NCBI GenBank assembly: GCA_009783755.1
Contig: WRCW01000003.1
Location: 1 to 35,634, forward strand
Length of the DNA stretch: 35,634 nt
Source of the DNA: Spirochaetaceae bacterium
GTDB lineage: Bacteria; Spirochaetota; Spirochaetia; CADAEX01
Direction: 5' to 3'
Shown here in pieces: positions 1 through 8,817 of the stretch; positions within the stretch are counted from its first letter, which is position 1, and the number at the start of each line of letters is the position of its first letter. A program made the translations under genes and the position numbers. The notes under the pieces are model-generated. The model was not told where the DNA came from. It made no database searches and worked only from the letters and a program-made list of their open reading frames with translations.

Positions 1-605
1 ATAATATTATAATAAGAGGTGAAGAAAAAAAATATGATATATTCCGGGATGAAGAAATCGTATCCCAGGATATAGCAGATTATCCTATACCTGAAACATA
101 TAATGAATCCAAAGTTCATTTAATGCAGGTAGAGCCCCTTCTTGCCTATGCTTATTGGGACTTTTCTGAAAAAGACCGCATGATCTACGCAAACACATCA
201 AAGCAGGAAAAACTATTTTTAAGAGTTTATGAAGAACTCAATGAAAAAGAAGATAAAAATTCTTCAATTTTTTTTGATATTCCAATAAAAATAAAAGATG
301 ATAACTGGTATATAAACCTGCCCCACAAAAATGCCAGTTACTATATTAAAATAATTCTTTTTATGTATGGGGAAGAGAAAATATTATGTACTTCAAATGT
401 AATAACAAGTCCTTCAAAAACTATTGAAGATGTAAATACAGATTATGCTCTTATAAATGAAGATATAATTTTATTGGCAGGATTTGATAGCTTTGATGAA
501 AATATGTCTCAGGACACAGATTTAATACCGCAAAGAATCATCTCTTTTACAGATGATAAATATTTTAATGATAATGATTTTGAAAAAAAATCCGGAGGGG
601 CTTAA
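1..605 (+). CDS. DUF4912-like domain protein, 5'-truncated by the window edge
   Basis: The frame stays open from position 3 (NIIIRGEEKKYDIF...YPIPETYNESKVHLMQVEPLLAYAYWDF), so the ORF-track start at 123 is internal. The PxxY...xP..AYAYWD and WYI motifs resemble DUF4912, and the gene sits directly upstream of a GH57 gene. Confidence 0.7.
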   Translation, partial: NIIIRGEEKKYDIFRDEEIVSQDIADYPIPETYNESKVHLMQVEPLLAYAYWDFSEKDRMIYANTSKQEKLFLRVYEELNEKEDKNSSIFFDIPIKIKDDNWYINLPHKNASYYIKIILFMYGEEKILCTSNVITSPSKTIEDVNTDYALINEDIILLAGFDSFDENMSQDTDLIPQRIISFTDDKYFNDNDFEKKSGGA

Positions 606-607
606 CA

Positions 608-2194
608 ATGCAGGGCGGATATTTAATGTTTGCTTTAAATGCGCATCTCCCCTTTGTAAGACATCCAAATTATGAAAAATTTATTCAAGAAGCATGGCTT
701 TATGAAGCAATTTCAGAAACATATCTGCCAATGTTAAGAGCTTTCAATTCTCTTGATAGTGATAATGTCCCATTTTGCGTTACAATCTCTATTTCACCTA
801 CGCTTGCTGCAATGCTTTCGGATGAGCTTCTCCAGGAAAGATATGTTGAGTATCTTCAGGACAGGATCGATCTGGGGGAAAAAGAAATTAAAAGAACTAT
901 GTTCGATCCTGTTTTTAACAAACTTGCAAAAATGTATCATTCTGCAAATCAGTTAAATTATCATAATTTTGTTGAGAGTTATAAATGCAATATCCTTAAA
1001 GGATTTAAAGAACTTGAAAAAAAAGGGAAGATAAAAATAATTACTTCTTCTGCAACACATGCATTTTTGCCATTTTATATGGATTATCATAATGTGCTTG
1101 AAGCGCAGATTCAAACAGCTGTAATCTCACATAGCAGAATTTTTGGTAAAGAACCAAATGGCTTTTTTCTTCCTGAGCTTGGATATGCACCTGGAGTAGA
1201 AAAAATACTAAAATCAAATAATATAAAATACTTTTTCTCGGCAGCGCATTCATTTTTGCTATCTGATGAACTGCCAAAATATGGCATTTACGCTCCTGTT
1301 TCTCCGGAGCCAGGTATAAATGCATTTTGCAGAGATATTAAGTCTTCAAATGCATTATGGTCATATGATGAAGGATATCCTGGTAATTATGCTTATAGGG
1401 AATTCTACAGGGATATTGGATTTGAGATGACTGAAAAATATCTTGGAAATTTTATTTATAAAGATGGCAGGAGAATAAGCACTGGATTCAAATATTATGC
1501 AAATACAGGTAAGCCTAAAGAAGAAAAAAAGGTATATGACCCTTCTGTAGCTGAAGTAAAAATAAGTGAGCATGCTGAAAATTTTATTTATAATCAGATT
1601 AAAAATATAAAAAAACTTTCAAGATATATGGATAGGCCGCCTGTAATAGGTTGTTTTTGCGATGCTCAGATTTTTGGGCACTGGTGGTATGAGGGAATTT
1701 CCTGGCTTGAAAAAGTCTTTAGACTTGCTGCTGAAAAAAAAGAGGAAATTTCAACTATATTTGCTGATAATTATCTGGAGAAGTATCCTGCAAGCCCTAA
1801 GCATAAGCTTTCATTTGCGAGCTGGGGGAATAATGGGTATGCAAATATATGGTGCAGCGGCAGTAACCATTGGGTCTATAAACATGTTCACACAATTGTC
1901 GAAAAAATGACTGAGCTTGTAAAAAGATTTCCTAATGAAACTGGATTAAAAGAGAGAGTGCTTAACCAGGCAGCAAGAGAAATCCTCCTTTCACAAAGTT
2001 CTGATTGGCCATTTATTATAAAAACAGGGATTGCAAAGCCTTATGCAGAGAAACGGATCAAAGAGCATATCCATAATTTTCTTATGATTTATGATAATCT
2101 GTGCAGAAATACAGTAGATACTGAATGGCTTACCAGTATTGAAAAAAAGAACAATCTTTTTCCAGATATAGATTACAGAATTTTTTTAAATTAG
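608..2194 (+). CDS. Glycoside hydrolase family 57, 1,4-alpha-glucan branching-enzyme type (DUF1957 C-terminus)
   Basis: Motifs NAHLPFV, WLYEAISETYLP, ATHAFLP, FLPELGY (nucleophile Glu), YREFYRDIG, DAQIFGHWWYEG (acid/base Asp) and QAAREILLSQSSDWPF. RBS GGAGGGG at 594-600. Confidence 0.9.
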   Translation: MQGGYLMFALNAHLPFVRHPNYEKFIQEAWLYEAISETYLPMLRAFNSLDSDNVPFCVTISISPTLAAMLSDELLQERYVEYLQDRIDLGEKEIKRTMFDPVFNKLAKMYHSANQLNYHNFVESYKCNILKGFKELEKKGKIKIITSSATHAFLPFYMDYHNVLEAQIQTAVISHSRIFGKEPNGFFLPELGYAPGVEKILKSNNIKYFFSAAHSFLLSDELPKYGIYAPVSPEPGINAFCRDIKSSNALWSYDEGYPGNYAYREFYRDIGFEMTEKYLGNFIYKDGRRISTGFKYYANTGKPKEEKKVYDPSVAEVKISEHAENFIYNQIKNIKKLSRYMDRPPVIGCFCDAQIFGHWWYEGISWLEKVFRLAAEKKEEISTIFADNYLEKYPASPKHKLSFASWGNNGYANIWCSGSNHWVYKHVHTIVEKMTELVKRFPNETGLKERVLNQAAREILLSQSSDWPFIIKTGIAKPYAEKRIKEHIHNFLMIYDNLCRNTVDTEWLTSIEKKNNLFPDIDYRIFLN

Positions 2195-2282
2195 AAATAA
2201 TATTGCCATCCCCACACTAAACTGCAATGACTTGCGTCAATATATATGTCCATACAAGTAACTGGATATTTCGAAAATATCT

Positions 2283-2522
2283 CTATAAAAGCCCCTCTAG
2301 CTCCCAAACAGTCAGTTGTTGAAGAAAAAAGGTTGTAATAACCTCATTTCTGGTTTCCTGCGTACTTTTTCTATATACCTTATATGCTATCATTTTTGAA
2401 GTTTTTACAGGTAAGCTAAGAGGATAGCCATTTATATCAACAATTTGATTGATATATAGGGTATGAGATATTTCCTGTCTGTCTCCCTCAGGATAAATTA
2501 TTTCCTTAGTATCATATTTCAT
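2283..2522 (-). CDS. Small hypothetical protein (79 aa), divergent from mraZ
   Basis: It is the only sizeable ORF filling the gap between the GH57 gene and mraZ and does not overlap another gene. It has an ATG start, protein-like composition and a perfect TATAAT 5 nt upstream. Confidence 0.7.
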   Translation of the reverse strand: MKYDTKEIIYPEGDRQEISHTLYINQIVDINGYPLSLPVKTSKMIAYKVYRKSTQETRNEVITTFFLQQLTVWELEGLL

Positions 2523-2627
2523 ATCAAATTATAGTAGAAATAAACTGTTTTCTACTCCATACTTAAAATTTGTTAAGTATTTATACTCTATAAATCACTC
2601 TTTTTTTATTATGATAAAAAAACAAAG

Positions 2628-2655
2628 TTGACATCTGAATTTATTACTATATTAT
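2628..2655 (+). promoter_or_regulatory. sigma70-type promoter of the dcw/mraZ operon
   Basis: Perfect -35 TTGACA (2628-2633), 16-nt spacer, -10 TATTAT (2650-2655). Confidence 0.75.
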
Positions 2656-2660
2656 AAGAA

Positions 2661-2696
2661 TGTGGTAAAAAGTGGAAAAAAATAGGTGAAAGTGGT
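2661..2696 (+). promoter_or_regulatory. MraZ-binding direct repeats (dcw box)
   Basis: GTGG occurs at 2662, 2672 and 2692, with a degenerate copy at about 2682-2686, giving a 10-bp period just downstream of the promoter. This matches the GTGG/TGGG repeats MraZ is known to bind upstream of its own gene. Confidence 0.8.
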
Positions 2697-3135
2697 GTTA
2701 AGCGGAGAATTTGTCAATAATATCGATGAAAAAGGGCGCATAATGATACCTGTAAAGCTAAGAGCTGCTATAGGTGGCGATACCATTGTATTAACAAGAG
2801 GTGTTGATAAATGTTTATGGCTATTTCCTGTAGAGGAATGGAAAAGGGTATCTCAGCAGATCATGTCCGCTACTTCGATTCTTCAGTCAAAAGCAAGAAT
2901 GATCCAGCGCAGGATTATTGCCCCTGCTCATGAAACAGAAATAGACAAAGCTGGAAGAATAATCATCGCACCCGCACTTAGAGCTTTTGCTGAATTTAAA
3001 AAAGAATGTGTAATTCTGGGAATCAACAATCATATTGAGGTGTGGGACCAGGAAGTTTATCAGAAATACTGGGAGGAAAATGAGGCAGACTTTCAAAATG
3101 CTGCAGAGGAGCTTGGAAAAATTGTCTCAGTTTAA
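2695..3135 (+). CDS. mraZ: Division/cell wall cluster transcriptional repressor MraZ
   Basis: Two SpoVT/AbrB-type repeats (IDEKGRIMIP, IDKAGRIIIA) and a HIEVWD motif. GTG 2695 is preferred over 2686 because AGGTG (2684-2688) lies 6 nt upstream and MraZ normally begins M-x-x-G-E. Confidence 0.95.
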   Translation: MLSGEFVNNIDEKGRIMIPVKLRAAIGGDTIVLTRGVDKCLWLFPVEEWKRVSQQIMSATSILQSKARMIQRRIIAPAHETEIDKAGRIIIAPALRAFAEFKKECVILGINNHIEVWDQEVYQKYWEENEADFQNAAEELGKIVSV

Positions 3136-3142
3136 TGAATTG

Positions 3143-4084
3143 ATGGAAATAACTCACTACTCTGTCATGAAAAATGAAGTTATCTCATTTTTAAAACCTG
3201 ATAAACCTGGTCAATTAATTGTGGATGCCACCACAGGGGAGGGGGGGCATTCCGAATGGTTTTTAAAGAATTATCCTGATCTTAACATTATTTGCCTTGA
3301 TGCTGACATCAATATACTGGATATTGCAAAGAAAAGGCTTGAGCATTATGAAGATCAGGTAATTTTTTATAATGAGTGGTTTAATATATTTTTTAAAAAT
3401 TATCCGCTAAATCTTGAAAAACCGGACAGAATCCTTTTTGACCTTGGTATATCTTCATTTCATTATGAAAAAGCTGAAAAAGGTTTCTCATTTAGAAACA
3501 GTGAAAAGCTTGATATGAGGCTTGAAAATGATCTTGAAATTTCAGCTGCGGATATTGTAAATAGCTATCCCCAAAGAGAACTTACAAAAATTATTTTTGA
3601 ATATGGTGAAGAAAGATATTCCAGATCTATTGCTGAAGCAATTGTAAAAGAGAGAAAAAATAACCAAATAGAAAAAAGTGATGAACTTGCTGAAATCATA
3701 TGGAATGCTGTGCCTGTTTCATATAGACATGGCAGAATTCACCCTGCAACAAGGACATTCCAGGCACTGCGTATAGCTGTAAATGGCGAACTTGCAAGGC
3801 TAAAAGAGGCTCTTAAAGCAGCGGTTTCAGTGTTAAAAATAGGTGGAAAAATTGGAGTAATAACATTTCATTCTCTGGAAGACAGGATTGTAAAACATTA
3901 TTTCAAAGAGTTAGCAAGAGAGTGTATATGCCCTCCTGAAACGCCGATATGTAATTGTAGAGGCGTTAAAGTTGCGGAAATTCTCACACGAAAACCTGTT
4001 ACTCCTGAAGATGGAGAAATAGAGGAAAACCATGCTTCAAGAAGTTCCAAGTTGCGTGTAATACAAAAGGTCAATGAATTATGA
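3143..4084 (+). CDS. rsmH: 16S rRNA m4C1402 methyltransferase RsmH (MraW)
   Basis: Motifs HYSVMKNEV, DATTGEGGHS, FDLGISS, LDMR, HPATRTFQALRIAVN and ITFHSLEDRIVK. The start is moved to ATG 3143 because the ORF-track start overlaps mraZ. Confidence 0.96.
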   Translation: MEITHYSVMKNEVISFLKPDKPGQLIVDATTGEGGHSEWFLKNYPDLNIICLDADINILDIAKKRLEHYEDQVIFYNEWFNIFFKNYPLNLEKPDRILFDLGISSFHYEKAEKGFSFRNSEKLDMRLENDLEISAADIVNSYPQRELTKIIFEYGEERYSRSIAEAIVKERKNNQIEKSDELAEIIWNAVPVSYRHGRIHPATRTFQALRIAVNGELARLKEALKAAVSVLKIGGKIGVITFHSLEDRIVKHYFKELARECICPPETPICNCRGVKVAEILTRKPVTPEDGEIEENHASRSSKLRVIQKVNEL

Positions 4085-4371
4085 GTAATAGTAAAAAGAT
4101 TTTAATTGCAATATTAGTTATAACCTTGCCTGTTTTAATATTTTTAAATTCATGGCAGGGATTTAAATATGAAAGAATAAACGCTGAAATCAGAAATCAT
4201 GAATATGAACAAAAAGAATGGTTTGAAGAAAATAAAAAGATGCTTGCAGCGATATCTGTCTATAGTTCTCCTGGAAGAGTAAAAAAAATAGTTGAAGAAA
4301 ATTCAGATTTAAGCATACAAAAACCAGGCCAGGCAGTAATTATAAAATTTTCTATGGAAGAAGGGAATTGA
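4081..4371 (+). CDS. ftsL: FtsL-like cell division protein
   Basis: 96 aa with a single N-terminal TM helix and a coiled coil ending in SSPGRV, in the canonical position after rsmH with an ATGA overlap. Confidence 0.7.
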   Translation: MSNSKKILIAILVITLPVLIFLNSWQGFKYERINAEIRNHEYEQKEWFEENKKMLAAISVYSSPGRVKKIVEENSDLSIQKPGQAVIIKFSMEEGN

Positions 4372-5774
4372 TGCAGAGTAATGGATATAATTTTATAACA
4401 ATTAAAGAAGCCGCTTCAATGATGGCTGGGACTCTGTTGTTAGAAGGAATTGATAAAAATATATCCTCGGTATCTATAGATTCTCGAAAAATCAGTAAAG
4501 GTGCGCTCTTTTTTGCTCTAAAAGGGGAAAAAGCAGATGGTCATAGTTTTATTAAAAATGCAGTTTTAAGTGGCGCTGTTTGCTGTGTTATAGAAAAAAA
4601 TCATAGTGTACTATCTGATTTTTCAAATGATCCGGGTTTTTCTATTATTATTGTAGAAGATACTCTTAAAGCTCTTCAGACTTTAGCAAAGAATTACAGA
4701 AGTAAATTTAAAAATATATCTATTATAGGTATAACCGGAAGCAGCGGAAAAACAACAACAAAAGAGCTTGTTGCTGCAATTCTTGAAAAAGATGCTCCAA
4801 CTGTAATGAATGAAGGTAATCTAAATTCCGAAACAGGGCTTCCGCTTGCAATATTTAATATAAGGGATAACCATAAGTATGGAGTTTTCGAGCTGGGGAT
4901 CAATCATCCAGGAGAAATGGATGTTCTTGTTGATATATTAAGACCTGATTATGCAATACTTACAAATATCGGAACTGCTCATATAGGGCTTCTTGGGTCA
5001 AAAGAAAAAATAGCAGAAGAAAAAATGAAAATATTTCATACGCATAATAATTTTAAAAAAGGAATTGTGTATGAAAAAGATGATTTTGCAAAAATTATTA
5101 AAGATAAATATAACAGTAAAATAGATTATTTTGGATTTGATACTCAAAAAGATTATCTTTCATATGAAGATAATGGTCTTGACGGTAATTTTATTTTTCT
5201 TGAAAAAGAAAAAATAATTTTTTCTTTGATTGGTAGACATAATCTATTAAATGCTGCAGCTGCAATAAAAATGGCAAAAATTCTTAATATTGCTGATTTA
5301 AAAATCAGAAAAGGTATTGAACAGGCTGCATCATTTTTTGGACGCGGAGAAATTTATTCAGGAAATATAACAATTATATTTGATGCTTATAACTCAAATA
5401 AAGAATCTGTAAAAGCAATAGTAGATTTTTCAGGCAAGCTTTCCTGGAAAGGGAGAAAAATTATATTGCTGGGATCCATTCTTGAAATGGGGGATAAATC
5501 AGATGATATTCATGATTCCATTATAAATTATTCAATTAAAAATTTTGATGGAGCTATTTTCTTTTATGGAAATGAGTTTAAGAAAAGTTTTAAAAATATG
5601 GAAAAAACAGAGAAATATATTTTCTGGTCATCTGATTTTGAAGAGATGAAAGATGCGCTTTTAGCATACATGAAGGAAGGCGATCTTATTGTGCTCAAGG
5701 GTTCGAGAGGTATGGCTCTCGAAAGATTTTTGGAGATTATTAAAAAGAATAACAGGATGGTTGTAAATTGCTGA
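4371..5774 (+). CDS. murF: UDP-N-acetylmuramoyl-tripeptide--D-Ala-D-Ala ligase MurF
   Basis: Motifs SIDSR, GITGSSGKTTTKE, GNLNSETGLP, ELGINHPGEM, DAYNSN and LKGSRG. ATG 4371 overlaps the ftsL stop (TGATG). Confidence 0.95.
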   Translation: MQSNGYNFITIKEAASMMAGTLLLEGIDKNISSVSIDSRKISKGALFFALKGEKADGHSFIKNAVLSGAVCCVIEKNHSVLSDFSNDPGFSIIIVEDTLKALQTLAKNYRSKFKNISIIGITGSSGKTTTKELVAAILEKDAPTVMNEGNLNSETGLPLAIFNIRDNHKYGVFELGINHPGEMDVLVDILRPDYAILTNIGTAHIGLLGSKEKIAEEKMKIFHTHNNFKKGIVYEKDDFAKIIKDKYNSKIDYFGFDTQKDYLSYEDNGLDGNFIFLEKEKIIFSLIGRHNLLNAAAAIKMAKILNIADLKIRKGIEQAASFFGRGEIYSGNITIIFDAYNSNKESVKAIVDFSGKLSWKGRKIILLGSILEMGDKSDDIHDSIINYSIKNFDGAIFFYGNEFKKSFKNMEKTEKYIFWSSDFEEMKDALLAYMKEGDLIVLKGSRGMALERFLEIIKKNNRMVVNC

Positions 5775-6847
5775 AAGAAATATTTCTACCTCTTGTAGGG
5801 AAAATCTCTTTTTTTAACATATTCCAATATATCTCCTTCAGGGCAGCATACGCAGCTGTTACAACACTCTTTTTATCGCTTTTTCTGGGTCAGGCTATGA
5901 TTGAGTGGCTAAGAAAACAAAAACTTGGTCAGGAAATAAGAGGCGAAATCTCAGATATCCATAAATCTAAATCAGGAACACCTACAATGGGAGGAATTCT
6001 AATTATTCTCTCTATTGTAATTTCAGTACTGCTTTGGCAGGATCTTAAAAATATTTATACATGGGTTTGTATTGCATCTATTCTGGGTTTTGGTGCAATA
6101 GGATTTATAGACGATTATCTTAAAATATATAAAAGAAATGCTACAGGACTTAGAGCAAGTTTTAAATTCATTGCACAAATTTTACTCTCTTTAATAATTG
6201 TTTGTTTTATCTATGCGAATCGGGGCAGCGAGACAACTCTCCTATATATACCTTTCTTTAAATTTCCTGTTCTTGATCTGTCGTATTTCTACATCCCTTT
6301 TGGGGTGCTTATTCTTGTAGGAACGACAAATGCTGTAAATCTTACGGATGGACTTGATGGTCTTGCAATAGGCCTTGTTATTCTGGCAGGTATAGCATTT
6401 GGTATATTAACATATCTTTCAGGAAGAATTGACTATGCCCAATATCTTCAAATTCCTTATATAGCAGGTAGCGGGGAGCTTACAGTACTCATATTTGCAT
6501 TGATAGGCGCTTCGGTTGGGTTTCTCTGGTTTAATAGCCATCCTGCAGAAGTTATGATGGGCGATACTGGAAGTCTTTCACTTGGTGGCATTATAGGCGT
6601 AATAGCGCTTCTTATAAAAAAAGAAATTCTTTTAGTGATAGTTGGAGGTGTTTTTGTACTTGAAGCTCTTTCGGTTATTATTCAGGTAATTTCTTTCAAA
6701 ACCAGAAAGAAACGGGTTTTTAAAATGGCTCCGCTTCATCATCATTATGAATTAAGTGGATGGAGTGAGAATAAAGTTGTTGTCAGGTTTTGGATACTAG
6801 GCGGGCTCTTTGTTATTTTGAGTTTGTCTACATTAAAAATTCAATAG
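5768..6847 (+). CDS. mraY: Phospho-N-acetylmuramoyl-pentapeptide transferase MraY
   Basis: Motifs KSGTPTMGG, GFIDDYLK, NAVNLTDGLDGLA, MGDTGS and MAPLHHHYE. TTG start. Confidence 0.97.
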   Translation: MLKEIFLPLVGKISFFNIFQYISFRAAYAAVTTLFLSLFLGQAMIEWLRKQKLGQEIRGEISDIHKSKSGTPTMGGILIILSIVISVLLWQDLKNIYTWVCIASILGFGAIGFIDDYLKIYKRNATGLRASFKFIAQILLSLIIVCFIYANRGSETTLLYIPFFKFPVLDLSYFYIPFGVLILVGTTNAVNLTDGLDGLAIGLVILAGIAFGILTYLSGRIDYAQYLQIPYIAGSGELTVLIFALIGASVGFLWFNSHPAEVMMGDTGSLSLGGIIGVIALLIKKEILLVIVGGVFVLEALSVIIQVISFKTRKKRVFKMAPLHHHYELSGWSENKVVVRFWILGGLFVILSLSTLKIQ

Positions 6848-6855
6848 GATGTAAG

Positions 6856-7983
6856 ATGTCAGGTAGCTTTATTGTTGAAAAAGAAAACAGACGTTCCTGT
6901 GATTTCCTTCTCGTATTAATAATTATACTCTTATTAGGGATAGGACTCGCTTTTCTTTTTTCATCTTCATATCCTAATGCTTTAAGACTCAATAAATCTC
7001 CTGAATATTTCTTTTTAAGACAGATATTCATTGTTATTATGGGAATTTTGGGCGCTCTGGTTATTATAAATATCCCCATTGAAATAATAAAAAAATATGT
7101 TTTCATTTTAGTTATAATCTCTTTTATGCTTTCTCTTTTTGTACTTTTGATTGGAAAAGATATTCAGGGGGCAAAAAGATGGATAATAGTAGGCAGCAGG
7201 AGTTTTCAGCCTTCTGAAATAGTAAAACTTGCTCTTATTTTATATCTGGCTGATATCTTAAGCAGAAAAGAAGATAAACTTAATAATTTATATACATTAT
7301 CTCATCCTGTAATGGTAGTAGTTCTTTTTTCTTTTTTGACTTTTGTTCAAAATGATTTTTCAACAGCAATATTCTTGATTTTTATAAGCGCTGCACTATT
7401 TTTTGTTGCAGGAGTAAAGTACAGATATTTTTTATCAGGCATTATTGCAGCTACCCCATTCCTGCTGATTATTTTATTTAGCAGAGAGCATCGGGTAAAA
7501 AGAATAATTGCTTTTTTAAATCCGGAAAGCGATCCTGCAGGAGTAGGATATCAAATAATAAAAGCAAAAGATGCTTTAGTAAGTGGAGGATTCTGGGGCA
7601 AGGGAATAGGGAGTGGAACCAAAAAATTAGGAACTCTTCCGGAAGCTCATTCTGATTTTATTTTTGCGTCAGTAGGAGAAGAGGTTGGTTTTATAGGTAT
7701 TTTTTTGATCATTACTCTGTTTGTTCTTTTTGCAGTTAGAGGATATCTCATAACATTACGCTGCACAGACAGGTTTAGTTTTTATGCAGCATTTGGAATA
7801 ACAACTTCTATTTTTTATCAGTCAATTATGAATATGGCAGTTGTTTCAGGAGCAGTACCATCGACTGGAATACCGCTTCCATTTTTTTCTCATGGGGGGT
7901 CTTCTGTTTTTGTTACCTTACTCATGTGCGGTATATTACTTAATCTTTCAAGATATTTTAAAACAGAAAAGGTAGAAGCATGA
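6856..7983 (+). CDS. ftsW: SEDS peptidoglycan polymerase FtsW
   Basis: Polytopic membrane protein with GAKRWI, FQPSEIVK, LPEAHSDFIF and PSTGIPLPFFSHGGSS. Start set at ATG 6856, after the mraY stop. Confidence 0.94.
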   Translation: MSGSFIVEKENRRSCDFLLVLIIILLLGIGLAFLFSSSYPNALRLNKSPEYFFLRQIFIVIMGILGALVIINIPIEIIKKYVFILVIISFMLSLFVLLIGKDIQGAKRWIIVGSRSFQPSEIVKLALILYLADILSRKEDKLNNLYTLSHPVMVVVLFSFLTFVQNDFSTAIFLIFISAALFFVAGVKYRYFLSGIIAATPFLLIILFSREHRVKRIIAFLNPESDPAGVGYQIIKAKDALVSGGFWGKGIGSGTKKLGTLPEAHSDFIFASVGEEVGFIGIFLIITLFVLFAVRGYLITLRCTDRFSFYAAFGITTSIFYQSIMNMAVVSGAVPSTGIPLPFFSHGGSSVFVTLLMCGILLNLSRYFKTEKVEA

Positions 7984-8813
7984 ATAGTACAGCTATCAGA
8001 GCAGGAGAAGTATATATTACGGATGCTAAAAAAGAAAAAAACTTTGCTCCAAAAAGAAAAGTTATTACTTTAACTCTCGCTTTGTTTTTTGTTACACTTC
8101 TCATATTGCAAATAGTTTTTCAGCTCTTTATTGCACCAGAGCTTGCTATTAAAAAAATTGAAATACATTGCTCGAACAGCTTTCCTCTTGGTAATAATGA
8201 TATTCTTAAGCTGGCTGAGCTTGAAGGAAACCTCTTTTATTTTTCAATAAATACAGCACAGGTAAAAAATAAACTTCTTCAGTATTCGGTAATAAAAACA
8301 GCAGAAGTAAAAAAAATATTTCCTGCTTCGCTTTATATAAAAGTTACAGAAAGAGTTCCATTGGGTATGGCTCTTGTAAACTCAGGAGGCAAAACAATTC
8401 CTGTTGTTTTTGATGAAGAAGGGGTGATTTTTGAAATAGGGAAATCTGTTTCAGATTATAGAATACCTGTAATATCTGGTTTGAAATTTACAGAGATAAG
8501 ACTTGGATTAAAGTTACCCGAAGAACTTATCATTTATCTTTCAGAGCTGAAAAAACTAAAAGAAAGTACACCAGCTCTTTTTGAACAAATTTCAGAATTA
8601 AAATTCGTTAATAAAAATAATTCAAGTTATGAGGTGCTATTATATCCTTTGAATACCAGGGTAAGAGTAAGAACAGAGAATACCATTAATGATAATCTCA
8701 TAAAACAGATATTTGTTGTGCTTGATATAATAGAAAAAAATGGACTTGAGTCGGAAATGAATGAGCTTGATTTTCGTTCAGGACAGGTAGTTTTTAAAGT
8801 TAAGGAGGGGTGA
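7980..8813 (+). CDS. ftsQ: Cell division protein FtsQ/DivIB
   Basis: Single TM helix, POTRA domain (AEVKKIFPASLYIKVTERVP) and C-terminal LDFR. Lies directly before ftsA. Confidence 0.88.
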   Translation: MNSTAIRAGEVYITDAKKEKNFAPKRKVITLTLALFFVTLLILQIVFQLFIAPELAIKKIEIHCSNSFPLGNNDILKLAELEGNLFYFSINTAQVKNKLLQYSVIKTAEVKKIFPASLYIKVTERVPLGMALVNSGGKTIPVVFDEEGVIFEIGKSVSDYRIPVISGLKFTEIRLGLKLPEELIIYLSELKKLKESTPALFEQISELKFVNKNNSSYEVLLYPLNTRVRVRTENTINDNLIKQIFVVLDIIEKNGLESEMNELDFRSGQVVFKVKEG

Positions 8814-8817
8814 CAGA

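Noticed and set aside
2264-2282. GATATTT-CGA-AAATATC hairpin as a terminator between convergent genes
   Set aside because: The stem is AT-rich and weak, has no U-tail on either strand, and directly abuts the stop codon.
3035-3142. N-terminal extensions implied by ORF-track starts (rsmH 3035, also ftsW 6790, topA 14054 and hslU 17614)
   Set aside because: They overlap the upstream genes. Downstream ATGs with family-typical N-termini, and SD sequences for topA and hslU, are better starts.
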